Counted from the first letter of the whole stretch, positions 13,040 to 26,479 are shown. The stretch is 59,628 bases of DNA, filler included, from Sphacelaria rigidula (GCA_964200075.2; 6 parts of 6 records of this genome joined end to end with filler, not necessarily neighbours in it), one strand, 5' to 3'. Made by a program: numbers and translations. Notes: generated from the sequence alone by a model not told the origin.

Positions 13040-15261
13040 CATCGCTCGCGATATGAATGCATTACGATGCAACTCAGGAAACAAAGTCTGTCAATGTTGT
13101 AGTTGCAGACAGTAACCCAATGATACTATCCTGTAGTACGTCGTCCTCATTTCTCGAAAATACACCATGTATGCACCTGCACTCTGGCCCGAACCGTGGT
13201 CACCTGTTGGTTTCCGTCTGTTTTATTGACCGTAATGAAAAAAAAGTCAGGCAAAACCTACATAAGCAAGGGTGGCACCCCCCTCGGTTTTGAGAGGAAT
13301 CCTGCACATGATCCACAGTTTGCATGTTTTGCTCGAGAACATGCGCCCGGTTGAGATCATTTCTCAACAGGAACAACGACGACGCTGAAAGAAGAAGATG
13401 ATGCTCGAGTGTTTTCCACCATGACAAAACGCATACTTTGTTCGGAATGATGCATGATACGGGAACACGACGTATGTTTTTTCGAGGGGTGGAGTTGTGT
13501 TTGCCAGACGAAAAAAAAATGTACGGACGACTGGAGGTAGTTCCCTAGCCAGAGTCGTCCTGTGATGAAGGCTACAATAATATCGTAGCTCAAAAGGTCG
13601 ACAATATTCCCATTACAGCAGGCTACAAATACATTGGAAGCTTGCCGCAGTTCAGCTGGGCACGAGCAGGAATGATTGAGTCAGCACAACGGAGCATTCC
13701 GCGTTTATTAACGGCGCGACGGATGTCATCTCCAAAGATGGGTGCTTGGATTGGGGGTGCGGATAAATGAAGTGCAAGAAAGTTCCGGTCCCACGTTGAG
13801 CCTATGAAGCCTGAACACACGTAGAAGAAGTTCCAGCGCATGCACAATAACCGCGACCCAAGCCCCCGTTCATCAAACACACACAAGTTTTTTCTTCGAG
13901 GGAATTCTTGCAGTATTTCAGAAGAAAATTGGTGATCTGGGTCGGCGCCGACGTGAACTTCAGATAATAAAGCTCAAAGCTGCCTTCCGGCCAAAAAGAG
14001 ACCGACTGAAGCGTTCAAACGTACCGCATCTAGCGTATGAATAGTCTACTATTATATTACATTTGTTGGGTCAGTCTTGCGTCAGCATTGCTTTTGATAC
14101 CGTGTTGAGAACAAAAAATTGGCAAGCGATATTTCACGAGTTGTCAAAATCTGGAAGCAAGGGATGCGCTGCCCAAACCCGGGCAGCGCACAACATTCAA
14201 CGATAGCTACGGCTCTTATTGTTTGTGCCTCTCCATGATCATCGGTGCAGGATGGTGTGTGTTCCACTTTTTTTTTTCTGTTGACGTACAGACAGGTCAC
14301 GAGGCAATGATACCTAGCGGCACCATAAAAATGGAGAGCGGAGAGTTTGGCCCCTTCCTTGTCGCCAATGAAAGTGGAAAGTACAAAGTCGTGAACCGTA
14401 CGAGTGCTATCATTTGCGTAAACTAGCCCATAACGCGGTGTCAAGAAAAAAATTAACAGTGAAAAGTCGAAGTGTGTAAGGGTTTCATTTCCGTGACACC
14501 CATACTCGTACAAAAAAATGCATAGTTGACCGGTGTCTCAAAACTTGGAATTTCCACCAGGCTGGACCATTGCCCGTGTTGGTGAAGTTTGACTTTTGCT
14601 GGGGAGGCATGAACACGCAACAAGACGACGACCCACACTGGACGACTCCTGCTTTTTATGCGGAAAACCTAGATGTCCAGTGGTATCGTGGGTCGGGGGA
14701 TAAACACTCAATGCACTCTAAACTAAAAACATACCTGGCGGCACGAAGTACAGTTCAGTACAGTACAGTACAGCAGTTGTAGATGTGTCCAGCTCAACCA
14801 TAATCACATCAACATCGAACACGGTGTCGCGCTTGAAAATACACCGCCAGCTGGATAACTGGTCCCATTTTTGTAAACTGTAGACTGTATCAACGCGATG
14901 TTCTGTAACTACGGATTCATTTTGGGGGGGGGTGCAACATCGTACACCGAACACGACTGAAAATCACAGCCCCCGCTGCATGACTATTGGTGCCCAGCGT
15001 GGCACACAACAGAGACAGCATGCTCGCGGTCTGAACTAGACCATGGTACGAGCTGTGAAAGCTTTGTTCCAGGTTGCACGTGAAACATACCGCTAGTTCC
15101 TCAACATGGAAAGTTTCAGTCCAGGTCGAACCCGTTCGCAGCAACCATCGCATGAGGAGCTCGACGTCGTTAGTACACCACGCTGTACAGAAATTGCACT
15201 GCCTGTTTTCTGCACCACACGATCAGCAACTGGCATGCAGCAGACAGCAAGTACGCTTCAC

Positions 15262-15714
15262 CTCTGTAGTTGTCATCAACTGACCGCCAGGTGGGCCCGT
15301 GTTGATGCCCTCAAAAAGCAACGGTTTGAGGTTAGCCCGACCGCAGTAGATCGCGGCTGTGTACCCGGCGGGACCACTCCCGATGATCACCACGTTTTCC
15401 GTTTCCAGATCGCCCGTATTACTACCGCTATCGCCCTCCTGGACGATCTCTCCAACCGTCGCCTTGGCTATCGTTATCGATGTTCTTGGTGTGGTTGCGG
15501 CGCGTGGTCGCAGTAACGTACCCACGCGCTCTGAGTTAGTGTTTGCTGGGGGAGTGCTCATGACAAATGCACTACTGTAGATGCTGTTGTTCTCATAATC
15601 ATGGCGGTTACCACGCCGACTGCTAACAAAAAAGACAAGAGAGGATAACAACAGGGCTGTGGTTCGTGACAAGCTTATGCTGCAGCTTCTTCGTCCTCGT
15701 CGAGCTGTCGTCAT
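15262..15714 (-). CDS. NTRC: NADPH-dependent thioredoxin reductase (NTRC-like), exon 1 with targeting leader
   Basis: [24 protein letters not shown]...[10 protein letters not shown]|gtgaag FAD-binding motif. Hydrophobic N-terminal stretch followed by SSAFVM. 4.7-kb intron to exon 2. Confidence 0.9.
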
Positions 15715-18260
15715 GGTTCACTGGGTGACGGTGCTCCTACCATATCATAGTCGCCGACTAGAACATGTGTTCAGGCCGCTCAAAGAAGGTGGGTCATAAT
15801 CTAAACATATCAAATGTTGCCATTTGATACTTCAAAGTATCACCGAAGATTAGTCCGTATCAGGTATGTCTTTCATTAGTTTGTGTAGTCGAGCTGACAA
15901 AATTGTTTCGTAGAGAATGTTGCTATTCAACCAAGGAGAGAGTTCATATTCAATGTTTTTTTCAGCTTCGACTCAGCACTACATGTAATCAATGAATTTC
16001 GAAGGGAGGTATTTCTCACCAATGTAAATATAATAATCGTCTCTACGCCTCAATCATTTTCCCCGTACTTTGCACTTCGAAGTGGTATATATATTGCTGC
16101 GGGTATTAAAAATAGACATAATTTAGAGGAAAAAATATAAACAAAAAACAAAGAGAAGTAGTTTGCCATTTCCAGCAAGCACGTGGTACCAGGGAGAAGG
16201 AGCCGCAGGGCAGGTCCGCGGCGAGATAATTATACTAGTTACTGTACAAGTTACCGTGGAGAATCCTTAGGAGTACTTGTGCGTGCGAAAGGTGAGGTGC
16301 AATTTTTTTTAACAAACACTGAGAGTATCTTGCTTTATCCCAGGAACGGCGACTGCACTACTCTGCACCTCTCTACGGTAAGTAGCCACCTACATAAGCT
16401 CGGCGGGTATATGTTGAACTACGCGTCCTGATATGGTGTCGCACATCAAGCAGCAAACAGTCGGCATTGCTGTTGAACACGTGAAGTATCATTATCGACA
16501 TCGCGTGCAGTTGTGTTCCATGGTATTGGCCAAGCCAAAGTGTTGTGTCGTCGGTCTCTGCAACATCCTTGGTTGCTCTTGAATACAGCCCAAGATGCGG
16601 TGCTCGCCGACTGCACTTAGCTGCCCCTTCCCGATGTGACCATCCCTTGCAACTAAGCGGGTGCAGTAAAGTTGGCGTCTCGTATTCTACTATGCCTTCT
16701 TTCCTCTCCAGCCTCTCCAGCCATTTCGGTGATCGAACTGGATCATTTTAACCGGACGTAGCAATTGGAGATCGCAGAGGGTGAGCTGAACGTGCGGCAA
16801 GCTGAACGCCCCAGCACTGTACCATATGGCCACACTATTCAGTAAGCCAGCGTCCATGCCCGCGTTTCGCACAACGATTACGACCCACTTCTCGTAGATG
16901 TCGAGCTCCCTCGTGACCGAAGTTGTTGGCTTTACCGTCACTAATAGTAGGATCTTCCGTGTTCGTGAGAAGAGTACATACACAAAGTCACGATGCTTGG
17001 ACGCATCCCGACATCGAACCGTGACGTTGGAGCGACAAATAGGGAAAGCTTGCCTCCGTGCGAGACGGATTCCGACGATGGACCCTACCTACCCAGACCA
17101 AATATTTGAAAAAGAAAATTGCTTTGGTTGATAACTCTGTGCGTGTGTCAGAAATCGTGGACGCGGAGTACACGTTACTTTTTCGTCGGGAGGGATAGTG
17201 GTCGCAAACAAGGATGAGATGCTGAGCATCGGGATTACTTACCATCGCGTGAATCACCCGGTGATATTGTTCCGAAATGAAGGCGAGTCCCCAAGGGAGG
17301 AACACCCGCCCTGTTACGAGCTTCTCACGCCTCGATTTCTTGAGGTATCGAATTCTGCAACCGTCACCAAATATTCGGTTCAAGATTGTGTTGAAAGTAT
17401 TCGACCACACGAAGAATTTGGGATTTTTTGCTGCAGGATCAGTTTTGAACAACAATCAATGCACAAATTAGTGCACTCACCTATTTACATGGTGGACTCG
17501 ACTGGACTGCTTTGGGACCACTGGGACAAGAAGATCTTGCCAAGTTCTCAAGTCATTCCAGGGGCACACTTTTTTTTGGTTGCACCCGTGCTGCCATGTG
17601 TTTCAAATTTATCGGAATTGAAACGTCCCCAGTATTCATCCCTGGGTGGGCAGGGAGTTGTTCTGTCACATCACGGGGCAGATCCGATCCGCCCTTGGAC
17701 TGGAGCTCATAAGCAGCACAGCAACACATGGCTCGGTCCAGTCGACGAACCTCAACTCAAAGGCCGCCCATGATGGGTTCACTCCTTTAGTTGGTTTTGC
17801 CAATAATTCCGGTGTTGCTGTTGTGGTGCCTCAAATAGAAGCCATACTGCTATACGCAGCTCAGGTACCGTTCGGCTCTTTCGCTGTGAAGCTTGTTTAG
17901 CTAGATGTATTTGGATGCATCCTTTGGCGGGGCTGTTCAGTCGCGTGCGGGAGGTTTTCCAAGTAAGAATGGAGCCACAGGTGTAGACCTTGCGAAAAAC
18001 GATTTGAGAAGTGCGCAGAGATAATAACTCCCTGCTCTTGCGGTAGTTCCGTCCAGGTCTGATGCTAGGCCACAGCAAAGTATGGTCTATTTCGAACAAT
18101 CGGCTACTTTCACTGCTAGTGTGGTGGAGTAGGAACGAATCACTGTCGATTACAGCACTATGATGAAACCTCGTGGTGTCATGCCCCATTCCCTGACGAG
18201 CGGTCTGCCTTTTGCGTGTTTCATCCGGTTGTGTAGCAGAAGCCAATAAATTGCAAAACC

Positions 18261-19709
18261 ATGGCGGTAGAAGACGGAGACATCGACCGTTGGGGTGGCA
18301 ATGGAGAGCTGGTAGATGAGCCACCTCCCTCTTCATCGTCGCCCTCTCGCAAGTCGAAGAAAGGAGAGCGGAAAAGCAGCAAGCGAGAAAAGGATGGAGG
18401 GGATAGAGACGGTCACCACAGAGATGAGAAGAGCAGGTCCTCTAAGCACTCTAAAGACAAGGATAAAGCAGGACGCCATACCTCCTCGTCATCGTCGCGG
18501 AAGCGGGACAGGAGCGAGGATCGTTCTGGTAGAGACCGGTCGAGAGACCGAGAACGCTCTAAGGATCGCTCCAGCAACACTTCTAAGGATCAAGCTTCGA
18601 CCAAAGATCGATCTAAGAATCGATCTCGAGACCGAAATGATGACGGCGATGACGAGGATGGCAGCGGGCACAAGCGACGCCGTCGTGACGAAAAGCCATC
18701 GTCCTCCTCTCGCGACAAGGGTCATCACAAGGAGAGCAAGAAGGACAGGGGAAGCAAAAGGGATGGCGACAGGGACAAAGACAAGCGCCGGAAGGAAAGC
18801 AAGCACCACAAGGACAAGGATAAGGATAGGGACAGGCGCAGCGGCAGGAGCGACGGAAAGGGAACAGGGAGCAGCAGTAGCCGGCGCGGAGGCGGAGGCG
18901 GTGGCGGCGATGACCAAGCCGAGACTACTGATGAGAGACGCACCAATGGAACCGGCAACGGGAGTGCTGGAAGTACCGCGGTCGCCAACTCCGCTGAGGT
19001 TACCGCCGCTGCCGATCTAGAATTAGCGGACGGGGAGGAAGAGGGAGAGCTCATTTTCGAGCCCAAAAAAGTCGAGCCGACTGGCATCGATGACAAGGAC
19101 GACGGCGACGGCGGCGATAAAGAAAAAAAGGAAAAAAACAGTGCATCGTCATCCTCCAATTCTAAAAAACCTGCGTCGCACGACGGCGATGACCACCACA
19201 AAAAATCTAAAAAACCTGCGTCGCACGACGACGATGACCACCACAAAAAATCTAAAAAACCTGCGTCGCACGACGACGATGACCACCACAAAAAATCTAA
19301 AAAACCTGCGTCGCACGATGACGATGACCACCACAAAAGATCTAAAAAACCAGAAGCTCTCTCGAAATCGTCGACCGCAGCGGCCGGGGACGATATGGAA
19401 ACGGCACAACAGCAACGACCTCCTTCTCCACCTCCCCCGGAAGATCCAGCGCAGGCCGAGGAAGCCGCCCGCATCGCCCGCATCGCCGCGCGCGCTGAGG
19501 AGCGAGCGGCTGAGCGCGCCCGGGCGCGAGCGGGCGGCGGCGGTGCATCATCAAGCCGCAACGGCAGCGCAAGGGGAGCATCGCCCACGCCCTCAGTGGG
19601 AGGGGGGCGGCGCGGTGGTGTTGCTGACGGTGGGGCTGGGGCAGGGGCGAAGGTGGCGCCGGGCACGAGTGTGGTGGTGGCATTCAAAACGAAGAAGCAA
19701 CGCGAGCAG
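18261..19709 (+). CDS. First exon of an RS/RD/K-rich nuclear protein, possibly DEAD-box splicing helicase DDX23/PRP28-like
   Basis: 483 open codons, RDRSRDRERS low complexity, ending FKTKKQREQ, which resembles the F(L)SKxERE segment of DDX23 N-termini. Followed by CAG|gcaagt. No helicase core is visible, so the identity is tentative. Confidence 0.7.
19161..19351 (+). repeat. Coding tandem repeat, 4.2 x 45 bp (SKKPASHDDDDHHKK)
   Basis: Units start at 19161, 19206, 19251 and 19296, with a partial unit at 19341; nearly identical. Confidence 0.95.
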
Positions 19710-19812
19710 GCAAGTTGGTCGAAAGGGGGAGGGAGGTATCGTGTAGGGTGGAGGGTTGCCCCGGGGGAGGGGAGGGGGGGGGGCGTTCTCATGTGTTGCT
19801 TGCCTTGGTCGT

Positions 19813-19912
19813 NNNNNNNNNNNNNNNNNNNNNNNNNNNNNNNNNNNNNNNNNNNNTTAATTAATTAANNNNNNNNNNNNNNNNNNNNNNNNNNNNNNNN
19901 NNNNNNNNNNNN
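19813..19912. other. Artificial contig linker
   Basis: N44-ttaattaattaa-N44. Confidence 0.98.
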
Positions 19913-20192
19913 CTTCCAGAGCCAGCCAGGCCTTTTCCCCGGCCTCACGGGTGTCTAACGGTGCGTCACCATGGGGGGGGGGGGGAGGACATGCCGCGAA
20001 CACAGCTTCATGGAAATCTCAAATTTATTGATGTGATCGAAATCTGCGCCAAGAGCGTCGCCCAAGTCAAGATTTCGTAAAGAATAACGAACTGTAAGAC
20101 CGAAGGCTGCCGCCTGCTTGTAGTTGACCATTGTTTGTGAGAAACGTGTGCTGCTCTATTCCTTGTTTGATTTTCGTTGGTGCATACCTCAG

Positions 20193-20435
20193 ACTGAGCT
20201 CGAAGAGCGTCGAAAGGCCCTGGAAAACGGTGAAAAAGAAGTCCAGTCACGCGCCAAACACGCCGCTCGGAAGAGTGAGGCAGAGCACAGAGCCGCCAAA
20301 GCAGCCTTGGATGACAGTCGAAAGGCATTGGCTAGAGACCGAGATGATCTCGCTGCCAGGCTAAGGGATCTCGGGGAACGCGAGCAACGTCGCGCGAGGG
20401 AAACTGCTGCAGAGGCTGAATCTGCTGCTAGAAAG
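20193..20435 (+). CDS. Coiled-coil protein, internal exon A
   Basis: cag|TELEERRKALE...ESAARK|gtatta; phase 0/0; E/R/A-rich. Confidence 0.75.
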
Positions 20436-20857
20436 GTATTATGGAATGATGATGACGGGGCTATTTCGAGGAGTTTTTGATGCTCGTGTTCTGCCCGGGA
20501 GGAAGGGAAGGCGGACGAGGGGGTGGGCGGGGTGATCAGCAGTACAGGTTGCTGCTCGCTTTTGTGTGTACAGAATTTTTGTTCCTCTGAGCGATGAATT
20601 CATGGCGACGATGTTATGATCCGTGAAGAAGGGAACCAACAAAGTCACGACATCGGGTGCAATGTGCTTTCAACGGATAGATACGAAAAAGACGGCTGAA
20701 GAAAAATGCCGTTATCGGTGGATCGCCTGCATGCATTACTACCCTACTACTCCAAATATCGTTTTTAATTTCTTCCGAAAATGACACTTGACTCTTGGTC
20801 TTTGATTTAGCTTCGATATATAGTTATTTGGGAGGGCTTTTCTATTGTTGTTTTACA

Positions 20858-21420
20858 CCCGACTTGAACGCAGTAACCCCGATGTGTTGTGTCGAGTGCG
20901 CACTCAGACCCAATTTCAACAAGCGTTTAGGTATGAAACTTGACACACACAAAAAAATGGATTTAGCTGGTTTTGAATGTCTCATTACTTCAGCAAAGGG
21001 TACGAAACAACTTTTCGGACTCCGGTGCTTTAGCCCTGTGCGCCCTGAGCTCCTCCCTGCCCCTCCGAAAATATGTTGTGTCGGTCGAGGAAATATGGCA
21101 TTTGAAAAGTTGGATATCACAGCTAGAATGCTGGTGTCTTCGAATTAAGATATCACGAGGGCATGCACGGACTCGGAGAAGAATCGCATGTGCGTAAAGT
21201 AAAGAATGCGTAGTGCGCCGTGACCCTTTCTCGTAAAATCAAAGGGCCATAAGTAAGTGAACAATGATGCACCGTTTTCTAGGGTGAAATTAGATGCTGT
21301 TTCTGACCGCCAGTCGTTGTGCTCGTTTGCACCAAAGTCGTTCCGAAATAAAGCTTTTTCCAGACACTTTTCAAGAATTGACATCTGCCCGACGATTTTA
21401 ATTCAGTGCTTCAAGTCGGG
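20858..21420. mobile_element. Candidate intronic TIR element
   Basis: 11-bp inverted ends cccgacttgaa / ttcaagtcggg; no clear TSD. Confidence 0.35.
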
Positions 21421-21539
21421 GCTCCTCTCGGATCGTCGGTCCACCGCAGTGTTTGTTGCGAATCCCAACCGTCAAGCTTGATCTTCAACGACAGTATTCA
21501 GAGTACCATGTCGCCTTTGAACTGCTCATTTCTCAACAG

Positions 21540-21625
21540 GGTGCCGAGGCGGAATCTTTGATGCGAAGGGCCAAAGAGCGCGAGCGGGAGACAGTGGAGA
21601 AGGAGAAAGAGGCAGCTCAGGAGAG
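21540..21625 (+). CDS. Coiled-coil protein, exon B
   Basis: cag|GAEAESLMRRAKERERETVEKEKEAAQE AG|gtcgga; phase 0/2. Confidence 0.7.
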
Positions 21626-22290
21626 GTCGGATACCATCTTACTCTTCGTCACAAGGCTTCAGTACTTTGACAAGCTAACTTTTTCATCATGCGGCAGCTT
21701 TTTTTACTTGATTACGTTGTTACTTTTCTGAGTGCAGCGCCTTGTCCTGCCGTATTTGCCTCTCTCTCGTTTACTGTTCCTTTCCATGAGGTTCGTGTTT
21801 GTGGTTGATGGCGTGGAGCTAGAGATGGAAGCGATCGTCTGACCAGTGCAACTTTCTGTCTTCGTGTGTGATAATGTGTTCCGGTGGTAATGCGACCACT
21901 TGTACGGAATAGGTATTAGATTGCCCTCCCCCATGCCCAGTAGTTGTGTGTGACCGCAGTGCATTTTAACAGCCGTCTGCTTCGGACAGCATCAAGTACT
22001 GTGGTCTGAAAGCTGGTATTTCGGGTTTAGTAGGCGAAAGTGTTTGACGTATATTGCATAGCATCTAGCAGTCCGTATCCTGCGTTTGATTGAGTACTAC
22101 AAGTGGTCAATCCTAGTTCATTGGTACACACTGGCACGATCCATTCTTTACGGTCCAGCTGTGTCGGAAGTTCGAGTGCTCACACTGCTGAAGAGTGAGA
22201 CGGTGCCGTAGTTGCCACCATGCCGAATCAGCGTCAGTCCAACATTTGCTTCGCTGGTCCATTGCGTGACGCATTTCTGGTGGATGTCAG

Positions 22291-22395
22291 GCTGGCACTG
22301 GAGAGCGAGCGACGGGCGCTTGTGAATCAACGGGCTGCTCTCGAGAAGGAGGCTCAAGCATTGCAACAGCAAGTAGCTGCCTTACTTCACCGAAG
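22291..22395 (+). CDS. Coiled-coil protein, exon C
   Basis: cag|G LALESERRALVNQRAALEKEAQALQQQVAALLHR AG|gtgagt; phase 2/2. Not in the ORF track. Confidence 0.75.
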
Positions 22396-22636
22396 GTGAG
22401 TGCCTGCCGTGCTGATCCGTCAGGTTCCGGCTGCCTTCTGCTTCTGTGCGTACCTCCATTTGTGTGCAACGCCGTACCCAAAAGGAGAAGCTAAAGGCAT
22501 TTCGAATGAGCATCTCACAATTATTGCAGTGTGCTCTGCACGTTATGGATCCCTGCTTCCTTGACTTCGTGCTTTCGCCCGCGCTCGACCCCAAATCTAT
22601 GTTCACGACCGTATTATCTGACACCCATGACTCAAG

Positions 22637-25600
22637 GTCGACGCAGGGAGAAGGGTCTTCCGGTGAGGCTCAGTCGGAACAAAACACGAGGATCTTGCAG
22701 GAGGCGGAGTCTCGCCTGAGGCAAGCAGAGCAACGCCACAGAGCCGCCGAAGAACGCGAGGCAGCGGCGTCGGAGTTGGAGGGCGCATTGAGAGCTGACC
22801 GCCGGGGTTTGTCTCTCCGAGAGAGCGCGGTATCCGCCGCAGAGGCACGGGCGTTGTCGAGAGAGCGTGCCGCCCAACATCTCGAGGAACGCCTGAAAGT
22901 GGAGCTGGCGTCTGCTACAGCCGCAAAACACGATGGGGGAGGTAAGCCTTTGTCTTCCACTACCGCCGCACCCTCTACGGGACTCGATGGTGGGGCGTCG
23001 TCGTCACAACAAGGACAAGACTGGGCGTCCCGCGGTGGGCAGCTGCACTCACTTGCGCAAGATCCTAGCCTCGCTCCGGGCACTAGCATCCCACGGCTGG
23101 CTTCGCCGTCGGTAAGTTTGGGCTGGAATTTGACGCACGCAAGGCTTCAGGATCGGGTTGCTGCAGGAGTGGAAGGGGCGGCGGCGACGACTGAATCGAT
23201 TGAGGAGCAACGTGAGCGGACTGTGGAGGAGCGTGAGCGGCACCTGGAAGAGTGGTCTACAGCCTTGGCTGAGCAGGCCGGGGCGATGAGGGAGCAAGCG
23301 ATGAAACTAGAGGTAGCGTACGATCAACTGCGGCAGAGGGAGGGGATGGACAGCACTGAACCGCCGGCGGAGGATCGCGCACCAGCCGCGCTGGCTGCGG
23401 GGTTACAGGCTGCAGCCTCCGAGGGTACAGCCGGTGAAGATTGTGGTGATGCTATGCAACGGCCTGAGCAGACGGGATACCGGCGCACAGCCTCGTCACC
23501 AACGGTTAGGGACGTTGCAGAGGCAGTCAGCGCAACCGAAGCACCTGCTCCTAGATCAAATGCTGTGCGGGCCACGAGAAATCCAAGAGATGAGGCGTTG
23601 GATCGGCAGCTTGAGCAAGAGACTGTGAGACTTGCCGAGAAAGCGCAGGAACTCGAAGCGGAGCGACGTCGACTGGCGGCGGCGTCGGAGGTGGCTGATC
23701 GAGAGCACGCTAGAGCGCAGACAGAGAAGCAAGAAGCTTCGGAGGCCAGAAAGAGCGCGGCGGCGTTCAGGTTGCAACTGGAACGCGAGAAGACCAAACT
23801 CGACGCGGAACGCGAGGGTCTCGCAGCTGAGAAGAGCTTACTTGCTGCGGAGCGGGATCGGCTTGAGACAGAAAGAGCTCGCGCGCGAAGGGAGGCAATG
23901 GCATTCTCCGAGGACCCCCTTGGAGTTAGCGCCGAAGAATCGGGCAGAGGGAGCCCTCCAGCGTCTGTGTTTCAGGCTGCGGTTGACCGACGAGACGTCG
24001 CTGGCACTGTTGCTACGGGAGGGACTGCGCCGCCGCCGCCTCGGGTGGATGGCTCAGGAGATGTCGGAAACACGGGGGCCACTGCACACGATCTCGGTGG
24101 TGCTTCCCTGGCATTAGCGCAGCAAGTTAACCCGTCACCTGGCTTGCCATCTCGTCCGACTCCCGACACAGCCGAGCCACCGAACGTCCGACTTGAAGGC
24201 AGCGGTGGCAGTGATGGTGGCAGGAACACGGCTGAGACGCAGCTCGATGCAAGATTGGGAATGGGTGAGGACCCGAAAACACGAGGTGGAGACCAGGTAT
24301 CCGGACCTTCCCTGCCTCACGGTGATACCTCTGAGCACGTCGATTTAGGGAACTCGGTGAAGGTTCTTGTTCAAGAGATGGCAACCGAGTTAGGCAGGCA
24401 GCCGATCCCACGCCGGGACCTCACGAGCCCAGGTAGACTGACTGAACCTGCGGGTGGTAATGCTTCTCGTAAGCCCTCCAGCTCCACAGCGCACAATGCC
24501 CCAGCTGGCGCAGATGAAGGAAATCGTGGGGTCAGCAGTCGCAGCACCTCACCGCGTGCTTCGAGTGCACGTCGTCGACAGCACCAGCGCAATAGCGGGG
24601 TACTTTCGCCCGATAACCCGCGCGTAAGCAGTCGGCGAAATTCCCGCAGGGGTGGACAAGGTGGTCGTCGGGGGGAGACTGAGAACACGCGTGGCGTAAC
24701 GTCCAGCGGGGGGCCGTCGCTTGACAGCATTCGGCGTCGACTGCATGCCCCGACGGCGACAGCAAGAGTCGCGGAGCAACGAGAAGGATCGGATACCTCG
24801 GCCGATGAGGGTGATTTTTCGTCGTCAATCGCAACGCCGGCACGGCGTCCGACAGGTGGGCGTTCCACGAGTGCTAGCCCTCCTGCAGCGAGAGTTGTCG
24901 GAGGGCAGCATCGTCGGTCTTTGCTCCGACCCCCCCGCTCGTCCCATGTCCCAAGTGTTGATAAAGAGCACCAGGCGCGGAATAGGCAGAGAGAACAAGA
25001 TGAGGACACATCGCCGGGGGCGAGCCCGCCAATGACTACGAGCTTGAGACCTGGCGTAACTGTTGCTTCTACCGTGTCAAAAACAGGCGCCTCTGCGGCG
25101 CATGAAGACCCATTCCTGGCCCAACTCCATGCGCGGTTAGCGGGCGCGGATCACACGCTGCGGGAGTCACTCGGCCGACGGGAGGCTCTGATTAACCGGT
25201 TTGGTCATTCTGGCGGCAGCGGTGGTATGAGCAGCAGCATGGGTCCCAGCGAGGGTGAAGATACGACGTCCGACTTTCCGTCGGGATCCCCGGAAGCCAC
25301 GACGTCTAACGGCTCCTCACCCGCCGATGCGGCGGCAGCGCACAGAGCTACTGCCATACGCGACGTACATGATGCAACGCGACAAGAGCGTGTTGAGCCC
25401 CAGTCAACGCCGGACAGTCCCGGGATCCGCGGGCGTTTCGGTTTTTCTGGAAGACCAACTCCTCGCAGGGTGCTGACAACCCCACGGGGATCGGAGCTCG
25501 GGCCAACCCCGCCCCCCGCTGCCGCGCGCGAACCCGAAGAAAAATCTAGACAGGTTGGGCCTGGAAAACAGCAAGGTGCTTCCCGTGTGACGAACACTGC

Positions 25601-26309
25601 TCCTCTCGCCGCTGACCCAAGGGGGGGCATTCACCCCGCAAGCCTCACGACTAGCATGTCAACCATTGCCGCCCAACAAAGCCCGTCGCCCGCTGTCGAA
25701 CAGCACGTAGGGGAAACAGGTGCAGGTGCTGGTGTGGGGGCGCGACCGCCGACGCGGCGTGTGGTGTCTGCTGGAAGTGACACCGATGACACAGAAGCAG
25801 AGAAAGAAAATCTGCGGGAGCTGATGGCGGCTCTGGGTGCTGCAGGGGATGACGATGAGGACGGGGGCAAGGATCATGATGATGGACACGACGGAATCAC
25901 TGAGAGTGTTCGTGGCTCTGCAAATGATGGGGATGACCACGTTGACAATACCGCTGACCGAGAAGGAGCACGACTCGCGGAACCAGCCGAGGGGGTAGAA
26001 TCGGCGGTCGCAGACTCGCGATATTCTGAGTTACTGCAATGGGCGGGCCACAGAGGCGTTCAAGAGGGCGGGAGAGAGGGAGAGGAAAAGGAAGTGATCG
26101 TGCGGGCGGGCGCAGACGAAGGGTTAGGTGTTTCAACTGGGAGTGGGGATGAGGAAACCAAAGGCGACGCGGACGGCGGTGGACGCGAGGGTGTAGGAGT
26201 GGAGCGTGGGGCGGGAGAGGCAGATGCTGGGGGAGGAGACACCCTCATGTCTTCGCTCCGGGCCCAGCACGAAGACATATCATCACGACTCCAGGGCATT
26301 TCGTTGCAG
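22637..26309 (+). CDS. Coiled-coil/low-complexity protein, 3.7-kb exon D
   Basis: Lies within the 1300-aa ORF; phase-2 acceptor ctcaag|G; donor CAG|gtgcca (alternatives at 26342 or stop at 26348). Coiled-coil segments plus S/P/R- and D/E/G-rich regions; no domain recognised. Confidence 0.8.
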
Positions 26310-26479
26310 GTGCCACAACACCCGTATTATTTGGTTGACCAGGTTTGAGATTGATCGTGCTCTAGTGCTGGTTAGGCCTGCTCTTATCCACAACGATTAA
26401 TACTTTTCTCAAAATCGTTTTCGAAAACACATTCCATCCTCGACAATCAGTTCTATCCTCATTAACATTTTTTGTCCAG

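Noticed and set aside
7503..15714. Convergent or overlapping arrangement of the 7503 gene and NTR
   Set aside because: They are on different contigs separated by an artificial linker.
18316..19792. Long alternative-frame and antisense ORFs (234, 355, 218 aa)
   Set aside because: Shadows of a GC-rich low-complexity coding exon.
22446..22636. N-terminus of the 1300-aa ORF
   Set aside because: Non-ATG start and intron-like composition; the splice model places the acceptor at 22636.
18261..26348. Single gene joining the RS-rich exon to the coiled-coil exons
   Set aside because: The linker at 19813-19912 separates unrelated contigs.
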